A DNA stretch of 64,000 nucleotides from NCBI GenBank assembly GCA_002633005.1, contig NMRA01000332.1, positions 1-64,000 of the forward strand. The letters are read 5' to 3'. This document shows, one piece after another, positions 12,801 to 25,569 of this stretch. The notes beneath the pieces are model-generated. The model ran no database searches. It saw nothing but the letters and a program-made list of their open reading frames with translations, and was not told the origin of the DNA. A program made the translations under genes and the position numbers. How positions within the stretch are numbered: the stretch's first letter is position 1; the number at the start of each line of letters is the position of its first letter. This stretch comes from Phoronis australis. Lineage: Eukaryota > Animalia > Phoronida.

Positions 12801-15800
12801 CATTTCTAATATTCAACCATACTTTACCAAGTCCAACATGTCCAATTGAAGAGGCATGGAAAACGAAAGTTCGTCAAAAATATCAATTCCTGACCAAAGT
12901 ACCACCTCTCAACGTCTAGTGCACAGTAATTCACTTTCCCCTGAGAAGAAATTTCCAGAAAAAATGGAAAAATACACGATTTTTGAAATAGGCGGAAAGG
13001 AAAAATTCTGTGGTTACCACAGCGTTTCCAATCTACCTCCCACTTATTATAAATGCGCCCATGCGCTCACAGTCAGTTGCTTGAAGTCAATGGAGGACAA
13101 AGGCAACATTTTCCATATAAGGGAATTGCGCTTCGTCTATTTCTTGCCATACCAAATAAGGAGGCCATGATTTGTCTTGTGGTAGAAAAATCGACGGAGT
13201 GGTTAGCAGTTGACAGATCATTTTTCTTGAAATTTGAAACTAAAAGAGATTGCTTTGATATGAACAGAAATTAAAAATCTTTACGAATGAACTTGGTTAG
13301 CAGGTTGGATACTGTTCCAGTTGCAGAAAACCACTTTCAATATTGCAATTTATTCTGTTTATCGCGTTCCAGGCCTCTTTAATATCTATCATCAATATAT
13401 GTGTCTCGTGTCGCAACTAAATCCAAATACTTGAATATGGCATTACCTGGGACAAGGTCTAGATCATGAGCCAGTATTTCTGCCTCCACAGTCGATTCAT
13501 TATCAACCTGCACGTATCCAAGTCAAGCATCTACGGTTAAGATCCTGTCATCTCGTTGGATACCACTGTCATTCATTTTATTACCTTGCCCACCAGCGCT
13601 AATATCCCTCTCTATTACAAAAGCAATCTTAGTATGACAAACTAACCTTCGTCGCCTTTTAGTGTGAAAAGATATTCTTCTTGATCAATCTGGCAGTCGG
13701 CTACGTTGGTGTAGTAACATGCCGACACCGTTAGCAAGAGGCGGCATTTTTTAGATTCTCGTGCAACATTTTTCATCCAAACTCCGACTTCAAAATCTGC
13801 CCCGATTCCTACGCCTTCTGGCAAGTCTATTGATAGCTGCACGTCCTCCCTTTCTTCGAACTTAGGAATGAGTCGTACCCGCGAACTATGTTTCATTGCC
13901 GTCTCCATTGCCTTTTGATTTTCGCTTGAACCTGGAATACAAAAGCATTGGCTCATTTAAAGAATAATGACGTAAGAAGTTTGTTTCACAAAATTTGATT
14001 TCGGAAATTTCCATGGAAAGCATGAATTTGCAGCTTAGTATACAGGAACCTTTCGAATATTAAATGCTTAAAATTATACCAAGATCGGTTTTAGTGCATT
14101 TCAATGTTGAAACGGATATTAAAAACGATTTTCCATCCAATTCTCTGAAGCAAAATAATGCTCTGTTACCCTCTACTACCTCAAAAGATTGGAGGAATTG
14201 AAAACTCTTTTCGAAGTTTGCTAAGCGGGTAAGCCTGACCTACACTTTAAGCCAATTGCACTTCCAGTGCGAAGAAAGACCACTCAGCAAGAACTACAAT
14301 ATCCAATATGTGACACAGGGAGTATGAATGTTCAGTTGATTCCTGCTTTTATCTTTTTATATTGACGCCAATGATACATTAGCAAGTGACAGAACGAGAA
14401 TTGGTTGATATCATCAAAGCAGGGTTTAATATAATGTTAAAGAAATATCTGTAGCTACGCAAAACAGAGGTCGCACCCCTGTCATGGTCATCAGATGAAA
14501 AGACTCAGAGTTACCTAACTACGTTGTAAGTAACCTGGCAAAATGGAGGCCACTGAAACGATTGGAATATTAAACGGGATATAATTTACCGCTTCCGTTC
14601 CACAAGCAAAGATTTGTTGCTGGTAGTGTACATGTAAATCTACGTGACGTAGCCCAGCTCACAAGAAACAAACGATGCCAGAACGAACGAGAACATATAT
14701 CGTGGTTACGGTGCTTATATAAAATGTAAATCAATTGACGAAGGCCGGTGCAACTCTAAGAGCCATGGCATCATTTTGTGTGACCCAAGACCAGGGTTAC
14801 CATAGAATCATACGAACGAGCATCCTAATCATACATACAAACCATCTACGAACCTATGAATCATGCATATGTACCCATGAATCATGTACACAAATTCAAA
14901 TCCACGCACACGAACAGAATCATGCGCGCAAATCACAAGAATTACACATACGAACACAAATTGTACGCACGAGCATCCGAGTCATACCACGTCCCATCAA
15001 ACGATAAAGTGTTCGTGCTTGTGACTCCATGCCCGTATGTATGATTATGTGATCGTATGTATGATTATGTGTTCGTATGATTTTTGTAGTTCGTGCGCAT
15101 GATTTTTGTTTGTATGCGTGATTTTTGGGTTCGTATGCATGATTCATGGGTTTGCATGCATAACTGATGGGTTTGTAGTGGTTCGTGAGTACGCTGTGAT
15201 GCTTGTGCGTATTATTCTGTTGTACCCCTGAAGACGGGCACCTCATCAAGGGACTTAATTCAACTCCACCTAATCATCATTCCGAGGATGTCTCCAGACC
15301 TTGACTGACGAAAACGCTCAATTTATTGTAAGTATTGCATTGTGCCTCATGAAATTTGCCTGATAAGGGAGTTATCGTTTTACAATGGATTAAGTCCCGT
15401 GATACGACGAAAGAAAAGCTCAAACTGCGACTTATGTACACAAGTGGGCCTTAAACCTACACGACTGTTCAAGCAACCACAAAAACATGCCAGCTCCCTA
15501 CAACTAACGATTCTAAATATGAGTATACAGAAGTGGTGGTAAAATGCTTACGGTCGTTATTCTGCTTAATCTCGAGGAGGTGACCGCAGTTTACAAACGA
15601 CAAATGGTTGAAATGGCCCTAAATGGTATTCTGTTTATTTGCTATTGCCTAGCCGACTTCCATCGAGACAAGAGCACCCCGGAGCGTTGAAATGCGCCCA
15701 CGAAGGCACCGCACACCGGGTGTGCTTCTCGGGGTGTTTATTTGTATCTGAGAAATGGCCATTAGATGGCGCGAAATACGTTGAATCCATCTGAAAACGG

Positions 15801-18800
15801 AAACTTGTCATCGTGACTAATAGAAAGCTATTTACCAAATGTCATAACAAGAGAACCGCCGAGCGTTGGAATGAGCTCTCGAAAACGGAGACATTAACAT
15901 CGCTTTTTTAAATTAAAGAAGCGATGGCATGTCTCCGTTTTAAATTAATAGAAAGCTATTTGCCAAATGTCATAAAACTCAGTCAAGGAACATGAGAAAA
16001 ACAAGGAAAACGGAAAAAAATGAAATTGCCACTTAAAAGCATAGCATTCGTTGAATCCGCCTGAAAGTCGTCTTCGTCTGTTGTTAGCTGTATATAAATA
16101 CACTTATAAAATTTAATAAAGATCCTGCTGTGGGTTTGAAGATACCGCTATGGGCACAAACAAAACAAACCTACCACTAGGAGGCGCCACAGTAGTCAAA
16201 GTCGTCATCGTCAACCGTCCTCACAGGTACTGAGAACATAAATTATACGCTAACTTTCAAAATCATCCTTAGAATGGTTTGATAGAGGGGTGGACGCAGA
16301 AAACCGACTCGAAAACCTCGTGGGCGCAAAAATAAACAAAACTGCCACTAGGACAGTAGTCGAAGTGGTCGGAAAATCATCATTGTAAGAACAAACATAA
16401 CAATTTTCACAGTCTTCCTTAGAGTGGTTTGGTTGATAGAGGGGCGTACGCCCGAAAACAAACTCGAAAATAGTAATATTTGGTCACTAGATGCGCAAAA
16501 TACCCCCACTCCATCCGAAAACGGGATGATAGCGTCACCTCATTAACAGATGCCTATGTTCCAAATTTCATGAAAATCGGTGGAGGACCTCTGAAGATAC
16601 GGAGGCAAACATAAAGAAACTAAAATTACCACTAGGGGCACAGTGGTATTCAGGTCGGTCCGTAGCCTGCGGCCTATGTCGTCAACCCCGTAGGATCACA
16701 CCTGCCAAATTTCAATATCATCCTTCTAGGGGTTTAAGAGATACAGCCGCGGACGCCGCACGCTCGGACGCCCAGACAGAGATGGGGGCAAATACACCCG
16801 CATATAAATATGTGGGCACGTTATGAAATACCGAGTGCAAACCTTCTGGATACTTGTAATGATGCGTGATATCTTCTCTCTCGTTCGTTCCTATTGCCTT
16901 TGTGCTGATATATTTACCGACGTAGTCCCTGTCCAGTTTCATGAGCTTCAAAGAACCGTCGTTCCTTACCTAAAAATTAAGCTAAATGAATCTATGAAAC
17001 TGAGATAATCGGTTTCTGGGCCGGTATAATGAACGATTGAAAAACTACCTTTCCACAGAAAACCTGTTACCGTCCACGGCGAAACGTTTTTTAGCTACTA
17101 TAAAACTGGTGAAATGTCAAATAAAAGGTTTTCTGAGGTTGTTCGCAAGGTATTTTTCAAAAGATAAATAGCAATGCTTTTCGATGTTCTAATATCTAAG
17201 AACAGCGTTTGAAGCCACCAAATGTTTTTATCCCATGATGTTTTTTAGGTTTACACTACTTATCTATATGTTTGTATAGCAACACGCAGTGGCGGATTTA
17301 GGGGCAAGGGGACATGCCCCCACCCACTAAAATTGTTGGCAGTTCGGGGGTGCGAATGCCTGACGGGCAAAATCCTGGCTAATACTCTGCTCTGCACCCC
17401 TCCCCCCAATTCAAAATACTATCCGCCTTGTCATATTACAGGATTAACTTACTATCCAGTGTGCACGGTCTCCATTCACCTCGGACATCATGAACATAGT
17501 ATCATAGTTCAAATACACAAGACCCTCCTTGATGGCTTTTACCGAGGCCGGACCACATCGAAACACGCCTTCGAAATATAAACGCACACTGATCATGAGC
17601 AAAGAAACACCATGAAACGTACATGTAGAACACGTTTGTGATCGCCATTTACTGTTACAGAATGTTTTCAAAAATCTCAATGAAAATCTGTGATTAGTAA
17701 TTCCCCCATGGCCGCATGAAGCGAGAGACGTTTCTTCGATTATCGCGATGGCACCAAACTGTGAGCGATCACGCAAACTCTATTTCTCGGTAGTAAATGG
17801 TCCGTGAAGACGTAGAGTAGAATAGATAATTTACCCAGAGACATCGTATTGGCGATTCGTACGTTTCGGACCGCACTCTGCGGCTTTTTCAACGAATGAC
17901 TGGCTGCAGTTGTTTTCCGCCGTTGGGTGAACACTGTCATCTACAGGACGGAGTTAGCGTCCCCGGTATCTTGCGATCGACCCAATGAAAATATGCCTCG
18001 GAGGAAAAGAAGACCTACGGTTGTTATTTCCTACAACTAAAGTCTTCCACAACAGCTACGCCGCATATTCAAGTGTCATGATGCCAACAACTACATGTAG
18101 TCCATCAACACCTCCAAGACTAGGACTGAGGTGGTACGACCTACATGTAAGCACGAAAGAATGCTGCTCGAAACGCATGGATCACCAAATAATACGACGC
18201 CTCAGTCTGAGCAAGTGATCCAGTTGATCTTTTGCTCAACTACTGTTTGGTGATTGTACCCAAGAAGGCACCTAAATCACACAGGAATTTGCAAAAGTTA
18301 GTCCTGATCTATCTGAGCATGTACATGTACCTTCGCTTCTCTCCTGAGGCGTGGCATCTTGAGCCTGCCAACCGTCAAAATCTCCTGGCAAATCAGGCCT
18401 CTTAAACCAAGACTCCGTCCACACATGAAAGTTCCTAAAATCCCATCAAATAAATCTGTTGCATAATCGTGCACATTATGTTTATGAAAACGTTATTTCA
18501 GGATAAATTTCGAGGGTAAATGTCAAGATGTGCATGACTTCAGGTAGATTTTAGCAACTCGTCAGTCATTTTGTTGAGGCAACCAAAAATAAACCGATAA
18601 ATTTGCTAAGATTAAAACCTCACTTAACGGATTTTCGAGTTGATGAGAAACAAACGTGCGTTCCGAAGATCTACTTCCTTACGAGAGAAGCATGAACTCG
18701 TATGACTTCGCAAGATATCTCCATGTATTGCAAGCAAAGCAAGCGATCACATGTTCTCTACGTCTAACCGTACCCACGATTTGGCGATTCTTACCATTCA

Positions 18801-21800
18801 CTCTCATCTCTCCAGTTCACGTCCGAGTCGCTATTACTCCAATGACGGTCTACCGTCATGCTTTCATCACGGTCTATGCCCGAATTAAACGTGGTCACAA
18901 CGCGGGTAGGAATACCCAACGAACGCAACACTGGGTTGAAAGATGAAGAAAGAGGAAATCAAAATAAGGTAACAATGAATGATAAAATGGCATGGAACTG
19001 TAATAAATTACAAAGTAAATTATTCAACACCACATTTACAAAACCAATTCAATTTTGGACCGGTACAAATTGTTAACTATTTTAAGCAACATCTGGTTAT
19101 CTTTTATTAGATAGGTTCTATTTTCCAATCATATGATAGGAAAGCGTCGATGCTTACGCGAACAGGTTAATCCTGCGAACACCCAGCACTGTCCATATTT
19201 GACCGGCTTTTTGTGCTTCATAAATTCCTCCAATATCGCGACACTTCCGTTCCACACCCACGGTTTTGTACCAGGAGACGGATATGTGGACGCCCATCTT
19301 CCTGTAAGAATACCCCCGTCGCTATCGTCGCTGTTGGTCTGAATGAAAATAGCAAACAAACTGAAAAAGTACACATAGAGAGCAAATAAAAGATCGTACA
19401 AAGAAATTTCCATTCTGTGTTTGTCTTTGCTTTAAGGCACCTTCGCGATATTTACAATTAGTTTTAAAATCTTCTGTAAGCGAACCACAAGGTAAAGTTA
19501 AAAAACATGCCAGCGTAAAATCATACGACCTGCCATCACGCGTTTTCGTTCCATTTGCGCATCGTACTCAATGCATTTTGCAAGAACATTTTGTCCGGCA
19601 AAGCTAAGCGTGAACGGACCAATCTGTTACACATCGCAACGCAGGCAAGTGTCATTTCATAATGCCTTTCTATCCCACGTTACATACATGTAGCGTAATC
19701 GGAAAGAAAACGCATTGCTGGAGCTATTGGTTACACTCATCCACGTGTCTTTAGCAAGTAATAACATATAAACACTTTGAAAAAAGTTTAATCAATTTTA
19801 TCTTTCCAATGGAGTACACTGACAAGAGCCCAGTGTTCATGCAATAATGGCAATGTTTCCGAACTTATAGAATTCTGGCACTTAAAACTTTCAAGTTTAA
19901 ATTCCACCCTTCGGTGCCGCAAAAAGCGTAGGATTGGGCATGTTTCTTTCAATACTGTTACAGACCTTCGGACCTGCATTGTACTCTGGCTGACTCATTT
20001 TTTGTGTCCAAAAACTTTTACATTCATGCGAAGTGTTCTTACCATAGCTGATAGTGTTCGGACGACCAAGACAGGATCAGCTCGGGCCTTTGGTGATAAT
20101 TCCGCCAAATCCAGTAGAAACATAGCACACAACAGACAGCAATCTTCAAACTAGAAACATATTAACATTAAGACAAACAATACGTCTCTTGTTGGGGAAA
20201 TTGACCTATCGCCAGGATTTTGAGTGACGGTTTAACTGACCAAACGGAATGCAGCATTCTTGACGCACCTTCGTTTCCAAGCCGCCATTTTACCCGTCAA
20301 ACAACACGTCGTCAGGTAAAACTTGTTCTTTGTTTGTCGACTTTAGGCAAGTGGGCGGAGCTTGCGATCACAAGAATACTAGAACGAAAAGCCCAGTGTG
20401 TTTGCGCAGAAACGGAAATGATTTGATCTTAGAAAGTCTGCCCAACTTTGCGTTTTAAATTGGCCACAGTCAAGTACTGTTATTTACTTCAAGAGAAAAC
20501 TATAACAGAATGCATGGTTATTTGAAAATCAAAAGTTACCTTGTATTCTTTTAAATCGATTTTTATATTGACAAAAAATGCTTTAGAACATATTTCATAT
20601 TAAACGATTACTATGAAAACGTGCCTGTCCAAAGTTCCACGAGCTGGGAATTAGTGTTGGTATGGAGCCTCGCCAAATCTTCCCCGTTTCATTCATCACA
20701 TACTCTAGTCGTTCTTCTTCGCTAATCAGGTAAACACTGTCATCTAAAATTGAAACAATGAACTTCACTTTTTTCTCGAGCCTGAAAGGTTGAAGAGGCC
20801 ATGTTAAAGCATACCCTGCATGCATAAAAAGTAGGTCTAAGTTTTATGAGCATGAAAGTTAACCAGTTTCTTAATGGACTCGCAGACAGACTTCCATTAA
20901 AAGACTCTCGATTTTTGTTGGTACATGTAGGCCTGCTTTACACATGTTGCCACTAATCATTTTCAATTTTCTGAGCCGGGCCCAAATCAGATGTCCAGCT
21001 TGGTAAAATTCTCATCTTTTAAAACATGCTCAAGTTTACAATTTGTCCATCTTGTACAGCTGGATGAATCATCATATAACCTCTCAGCTTTTATTCTTAG
21101 TGAAACATTTTCAAAATGTAAAGGTCCTAAATCTACGACCGTTAGTGAAATTGCTAGGCTCCTGTGTCCGGTTGCATTAAACATTCCCAAACAGGAACTC
21201 TACAAAGTTTCCTAATTCGTTTGCGAATTTGTTTCGTTTTTACTTGCAGATATAATTTTGCGATCATTTCTTTTTATTTTGAGCTCCTCTTTGACTAATG
21301 GCATTTTCTAATAATATTAACTAAAAACTGAGCTCGAAATGCAATGAAAATATACTAAGTGACAATATTTATTAAATTAGGGGCGTTGCATGAAAAAACC
21401 CATATTCGTTTCGGTATTATAGGGAATTCAACGTAAAACTCACTCTCGATTTGTATCAAAGCCAAACATTGATTTAATATTGAAACTAAAAGAGCACAAG
21501 AATAGGCAATCGCTGTTTTCACAAGTTCAAAAGTGCACAGTATACTCAGGAACTTAGTTGGGCCCTCTCTGAGACTATTTCATGCAACTGGGCTATGTCT
21601 TAACTTTAATTTCCCCAGTAATTGCGTGCTATGTTTGTCTTAATGAAATGTCTCAAACCCTCAGGTGTCTCTTTCGGAAAACCATGGTATTGTGCCTTTG
21701 TCGTGAATTTTCAGCGCTGCTTCTGGCGTCGACGATAGCCCTATATCTTCCCTTTCTTTTAATTGTCTTAACCAACGAACTCTTTCTAGTGCGTGTCGTT

Positions 21801-24800
21801 TGTAATTCTCACCGTTCCATGAGTAAACAAATACATAAAGCAGTGAATCAGTTTGAAGCAAATTTTGTCTGACTGTAAGAGGATCTCAACTTTGATTGGG
21901 TAAACGTCTAGTCTTGCCTACAAACTCTGATATCTCATATGCGACTTTCTTTTTTTATATGAGACTTTCTAATCGACTGACGTACACAGTTAATTGGAGT
22001 GTAACTTTTCGAGCTAAAAACCGTGGACTGAAAGAAGGCATGCCCGATTTTGCTCCCAGTTTCGATCGATTCAAGAAAATTGTACACATTTTTGCTCCAC
22101 TGTAGACATTTTCTGACTGTTGAATACGAAATGGATACAATGAAATCTGTATATAAAAGAGTTTTAACAGGGCTTTAGTTGACAATGTCGTTGTGGTCCT
22201 TATCTGTGTGTATCATAGTGTTTGTATGCATGGGCATGGCACCATAAAAATGACCATTAGTTTATAAACACACTTATAGAAAATGGAGTTTACCTTGACA
22301 CCATGGATTAAAGATGACAAAAAAATCCTTTTTGTGTTTTGAACGAAATACGTTTCCGTCTTGTCGCGTTTCGAGAAATATAGAATATTTGCCAACAATG
22401 GCGTCTGAAGGAATCGCAATGGTGAAAGTCGCACAAGCGCCATCAAACGATTCGTAGTCAATGAACCACGATTTCGGGTTCGATGAATCTGCCGGTTTAT
22501 CGGCAACGTGGAGACGAATTATCGAACCGTTTCCTTCATTAGGTCGCGCTCCTGTCGCGAACTGGATTATCACTTTGTCTTTTTTGGTAATAGCTCTGTC
22601 AAATAAAACTGTAAAGGTAAACTTCCAGCCACGTCTCAAAATCAATTCGTTTATTTCGTATTCTTCTGTGATATGTGTCTTGATATTAGCTCTTTCTTTC
22701 ATCAAAATGTCCCTCGCGACCAACTGGCGACCTTCGGAGAAAGAAAGAAGAAAATGTTTCATGAAAGGGTGATGGACGTTAAAGCTCTGGCAATGTCAGC
22801 TGTAAGCACATTGCGTGTGGAACATTTCTGATCGCTTGTATAAAAGAAATTTCTTCGATAATATAAGCCGACGAAAACGCAACCACCTGTAGTACATGTA
22901 CATGTGGGTGAAACGCTCGGACATCATATATGTGATTAGTATTGATGAAACGTTAAATATGTCTGAGGAAAAGTCAAATATTAGAAGCGTGATTGGTTCA
23001 CTGGATTAAAGGTGTACATTTTTACCTGTAGCTTTGTAATCTGTTCGTAGAAGAGCATGTTTTGCCCAGTATTGAGAATCTGAGATATTGGACCTGTTGG
23101 AACGACTTTCCGAGTCACCTCCGCTCAAGCGCTTATCGCGCTGTGTTCGACTCCTGAAAATGAGATCGTACATTTTTCATAGTATTGCGCGACTTGTTTT
23201 GAAACTTCTACGATTTCATCCAAAGACGAAACCGAATACACTGAAGAAAACACTCAAAAATAACACATTTATGAGAACTAACCTATCTCGATACCTTTAA
23301 AGATGGATTTGGCCCTGTTTAGCTGGTTAAAAATGAAAAAGAATTGAACACTTCACTCTCATCAAACAAATGCATGATGGTGTTTGGGTTCTATTTCCTT
23401 CACCCACTAAAATGAGAACCTCGGCGACTCAAGAAAATGCCTTCACAGTTTATTCAGGTTGATCATCCTCAAAATTGCGAGGTAAAATGGCGTGCTTTTT
23501 ACGTCGCATTATCTGCTACTCGAGATGCCGATTTCTTCGGCAACAATTTTAGAAAGAATGAGCGTGGTAATATTTTCGAACCTCAAACCCCCGGTTGAGA
23601 TGCGAAACGCAGAACTCTTGATCACCTTTACTAAGCTAATTCACGTCAAGTAATTTACTTTTATAAATGTGTACGCATTGCGTCGTTTATAAAAGTGAAG
23701 TATGACACTCTTGTGTTTGACGATGTTTATCTTACTTGCAAACGCCTTCATCGAATGGCCTTGGCTAGACAAATTAGGCGTAAGTTTTCTTAACAACCAC
23801 ACGTAGGTCATGATATGGGGTGCGACGGGTTCGCGACCTGTTTCCCTACTACCTAGTGATATCCGGCCTCCCTGAAAGTTTCTTTTCTAATTTTTTTTCA
23901 CCACAGGAGAAGTTTGGGAGTGACGTAGGAGCAAATTAGTTTTAATTGTTACTGTGTAACAAAATTATCTTTCAACACGGGTGTATGTTTTCGTGGAAAC
24001 TCCTACTAATGACTGTCTCGTGCGTTTTCTTTGAAAGAATGGTTATCTTAAGTTTTTAGCTACACACCCCATTAAAAACTCGAGAGGTGTAACTCTCGGG
24101 TTTATAAAAAGATCCAGACATTACTCAGACGCTGTATACATACGTGTACAGATAATGACCCAGATTACAATAGGTAGTATGAGATCAATACACATCGTGC
24201 AACAGATGAACGCGGCTGTGCAAATATATAATTAAGCTACACTTATTATGAGGAATAAAGATGTTGCAATGTGGATAATGAATTGTCATTTGTAAGGTTT
24301 TGTCACTGAAATGCAACACACCTGTAATGTGCCTAGACTTGCAAGCAACACCCCCGCATTGATACAACGATTTTTTTCTTTTACACTTCTCATTCGAAAA
24401 GAGTCGAGTGATTCCGAAGTGGTTCTCATACATTCATTCACTCTCTAGTAAGACCGAGCTCAGTGGAGCAGGAGACACTTTTGTGCAATGCTCAAGTGGC
24501 TGTCAGTATAACCAGGATTCGAATCCAGGTCTCCCAAACAGGAATACGGAGCTCAATGAAACCCGCCACTGAGCCACACTGCCGCGGCTCTCTTCGACAC
24601 CTAAATTCATGCGCGGCGCAAGAGGTGTCGGTATATATATACACAATACCACAAATTGTTCAACTGCTCGAGAATAAGTCATAAATAACCCAGCGATATC
24701 ACCAATAATGAGTATGCACTCTTCACAAATAAAGTAGAAATACGTCTCTAGCCGATAACTCTGATGTGTTGAGCCTAAACACGAATATTTTAGCCGACAT

Positions 24801-25068
24801 TAACTACATATGTACTGTGACCACTTAGGCTATAGCATATCGTTGGAGGTCTCGATAGCATTCCTGAAAAGAAAAACTACAGCTAGCTTTCGCTCGTTAT
24901 AATCTTTTTCAGTCCATAACTTCAGTGTCACGTCGAAACCCACAGGTAACAATGGCAAGTCTTTATTAAAAAACGACCTGTACTTCTATAGCACCTCACT
25001 AGTTAGCAGTTACCGTTGTTAACATTCTTTAAGCATGGATAGATGTTTACATACCCGCTGGTTCCCAT
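9738..25068 (-). CDS. Protein-glutamine gamma-glutamyltransferase (transglutaminase), complete 14-exon gene, ~734 aa
   Basis: Exons joined by hand in phase give 2205 nt. Motifs: [27 protein letters not shown] (catalytic Cys), WNFHVW (His), [11 protein letters not shown] (Asp), [20 protein letters not shown]. Orthology to a specific TGM paralogue cannot be assigned. Confidence 0.95.
11852..11988 (-). CDS. Transglutaminase exon 13 (beta-barrel 2)
   Basis: [40 protein letters not shown]. Confidence 0.9.
12278..12441 (-). CDS. Transglutaminase exon 12
   Basis: [17 protein letters not shown]...[11 protein letters not shown]|gtaggc. Confidence 0.85.
12930..13365 (+). repeat. Dispersed repeat family, copy 1 (copy 2 at 34636-35052)
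   Basis: Shared ordered blocks ggttaccacag, cattttccatataaggga, cttgcc.taccaaataa, aaaatcgacg, ctttcaatattgcaat. Confidence 0.8.
13647..13931 (-). CDS. Transglutaminase exon 11 (beta-barrel 1)
   Basis: [14 protein letters not shown]...IGADFEV...SACYYTNV...LKGDE. Confidence 0.9.
14792..15230. mobile_element. Fold-back non-autonomous DNA transposon with 5-bp TSD
   Basis: TIR cagggttaccatagaatcatacg / cgtattattctgttgtacccctg; exact TSD AAGAC; arms built of ~21-nt aatcatgcatacgaac-type subrepeats. Confidence 0.85.
15668..16823 (+). mobile_element. Helentron-associated (HINE/DINE-like) element, copy 1
   Basis: 5' acaagagca..ggagcgttgaaatgcgcccac; internal tandem modules (ccactaggaggcgccacagtagtcaaagtc; ccaaatttcatgaaaatc); ggac-type microsatellite; 3' hairpin cccgcatataaatatgtggg. 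Confidence 0.7.
16843..16969 (-). CDS. Transglutaminase exon 10
   Basis: VRNDGSLK...[26 protein letters not shown]. Confidence 0.94.
17287..17430. mobile_element. Short GC-rich MITE (CAGTGGCGGAT family)
   Basis: cagtggcggattta ... atccgccttg; related ends at 4659-4672, 25419-25688 and 41175-41337. Confidence 0.5.
17453..17568 (-). CDS. Transglutaminase exon 9
   Basis: [39 protein letters not shown]. Confidence 0.94.
18331..18434 (-). CDS. Transglutaminase exon 8 (catalytic His and Asp)
   Basis: [34 protein letters not shown]. Confidence 0.95.
18795..18930 (-). CDS. Transglutaminase exon 7
   Basis: [31 protein letters not shown]...DESEW. Confidence 0.93.
19158..19338 (-). CDS. Transglutaminase exon 6 (catalytic Cys)
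   Basis: [15 protein letters not shown]...[16 protein letters not shown]. Confidence 0.95.
20043..20150 (-). CDS. Transglutaminase exon 5
   Basis: [14 protein letters not shown]...[14 protein letters not shown]|gtaaga. Confidence 0.9.
20625..20743 (-). CDS. Transglutaminase exon 4 (GC donor)
   Basis: [26 protein letters not shown]...SWNFGQ|GCACGT. Confidence 0.9.
22294..22731 (-). CDS. Transglutaminase exon 3 (N-terminal beta-sandwich)
   Basis: GRQLVARD...[10 protein letters not shown]...[10 protein letters not shown]; AG/GT boundaries. Confidence 0.93.
23026..23153 (-). CDS. Transglutaminase exon 2
   Basis: ttttcag| ... |gtaaaa; [42 protein letters not shown]; phase 2->1. Confidence 0.7.
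24505..24590 (-). repeat. tRNA-derived (SINE-head-like) fragment
   Basis: TGGCTCAGTGG A box and GGATTCGAATCC B box. Confidence 0.5.
25055..25068 (-). CDS. Transglutaminase exon 1 (14-nt coding micro-exon, MGTSG)
   Basis: ATG GGA ACC AGC GG|GTATGT; phase 2 matches the open frame of the next exon. Confidence 0.6.
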
Positions 25069-25444
25069 TCGTCAACTTGACTTTCGCAGTGCAAGTGATC
25101 AGCTTTTGTTAAAAAAATTGTAAATGGAAATCTTTGGGTGGAAGTCACACGTACTCTGGCGAATGAAGCCGAAGCGACCTTGATACGTGTATTTACATTT
25201 CAACACCAATGCGCTGGGCAAAGTAGGTCATTCTATTCAACAGGTTTCGTCGTTTGTCAGGCAGGTAGGCTTAGGCTACATGATGCAGTTTACGTGACCG
25301 TGACCCGCATCATCCAATTATTGACGCTTTCACCTGACCTAGGACCAATATGTATATTACTCCCAGATCTGACGCAACACCAGTGAAAGCGTTTTTGTAA
25401 CTGTATGAAACACGCCACCAGAGGAGCGGATCCAAGATATGAGT

Positions 25445-25569
25445 NNNNNNNNNNNNNNNNNNNNNNNNNNNNNNNNNNNNNNNNNNNNNNNNNNNNNNNN
25501 NNNNNNNNNNNNNNNNNNNNNNNNNNNNNNNNNNNNNNNNNNNNNNNNNNNNNNNNNNNNNNNNNNNNN
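25445..25569. other. Assembly gap (125 N) next to a poly-C tract within a GC-rich MITE
   Basis: N run seen directly; other single Ns at 1279 and 38063. Confidence 0.99.

Noticed and set aside
13447-13507. AG/GT-bounded 61-nt cassette exon in transglutaminase intron 11
   Set aside because: Weak pyrimidine tract, immediate stop in the required phase, no homology
14735-15249. His/Thr-rich ORFs on both strands
   Set aside because: Translations of the fold-back element's subrepeats
23736-23811. Alternative transglutaminase first exon (ATG AAG GCG TTT GCA A|GTAAGA)
   Set aside because: Phase 1 runs into TGA in exon 2; it could only join exon 3 directly and has no supporting evidence
9738-25068. 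Transglutaminase as a pseudogene
   Set aside because: All 14 exons join in phase with no stops or frameshifts and the catalytic triad is intact
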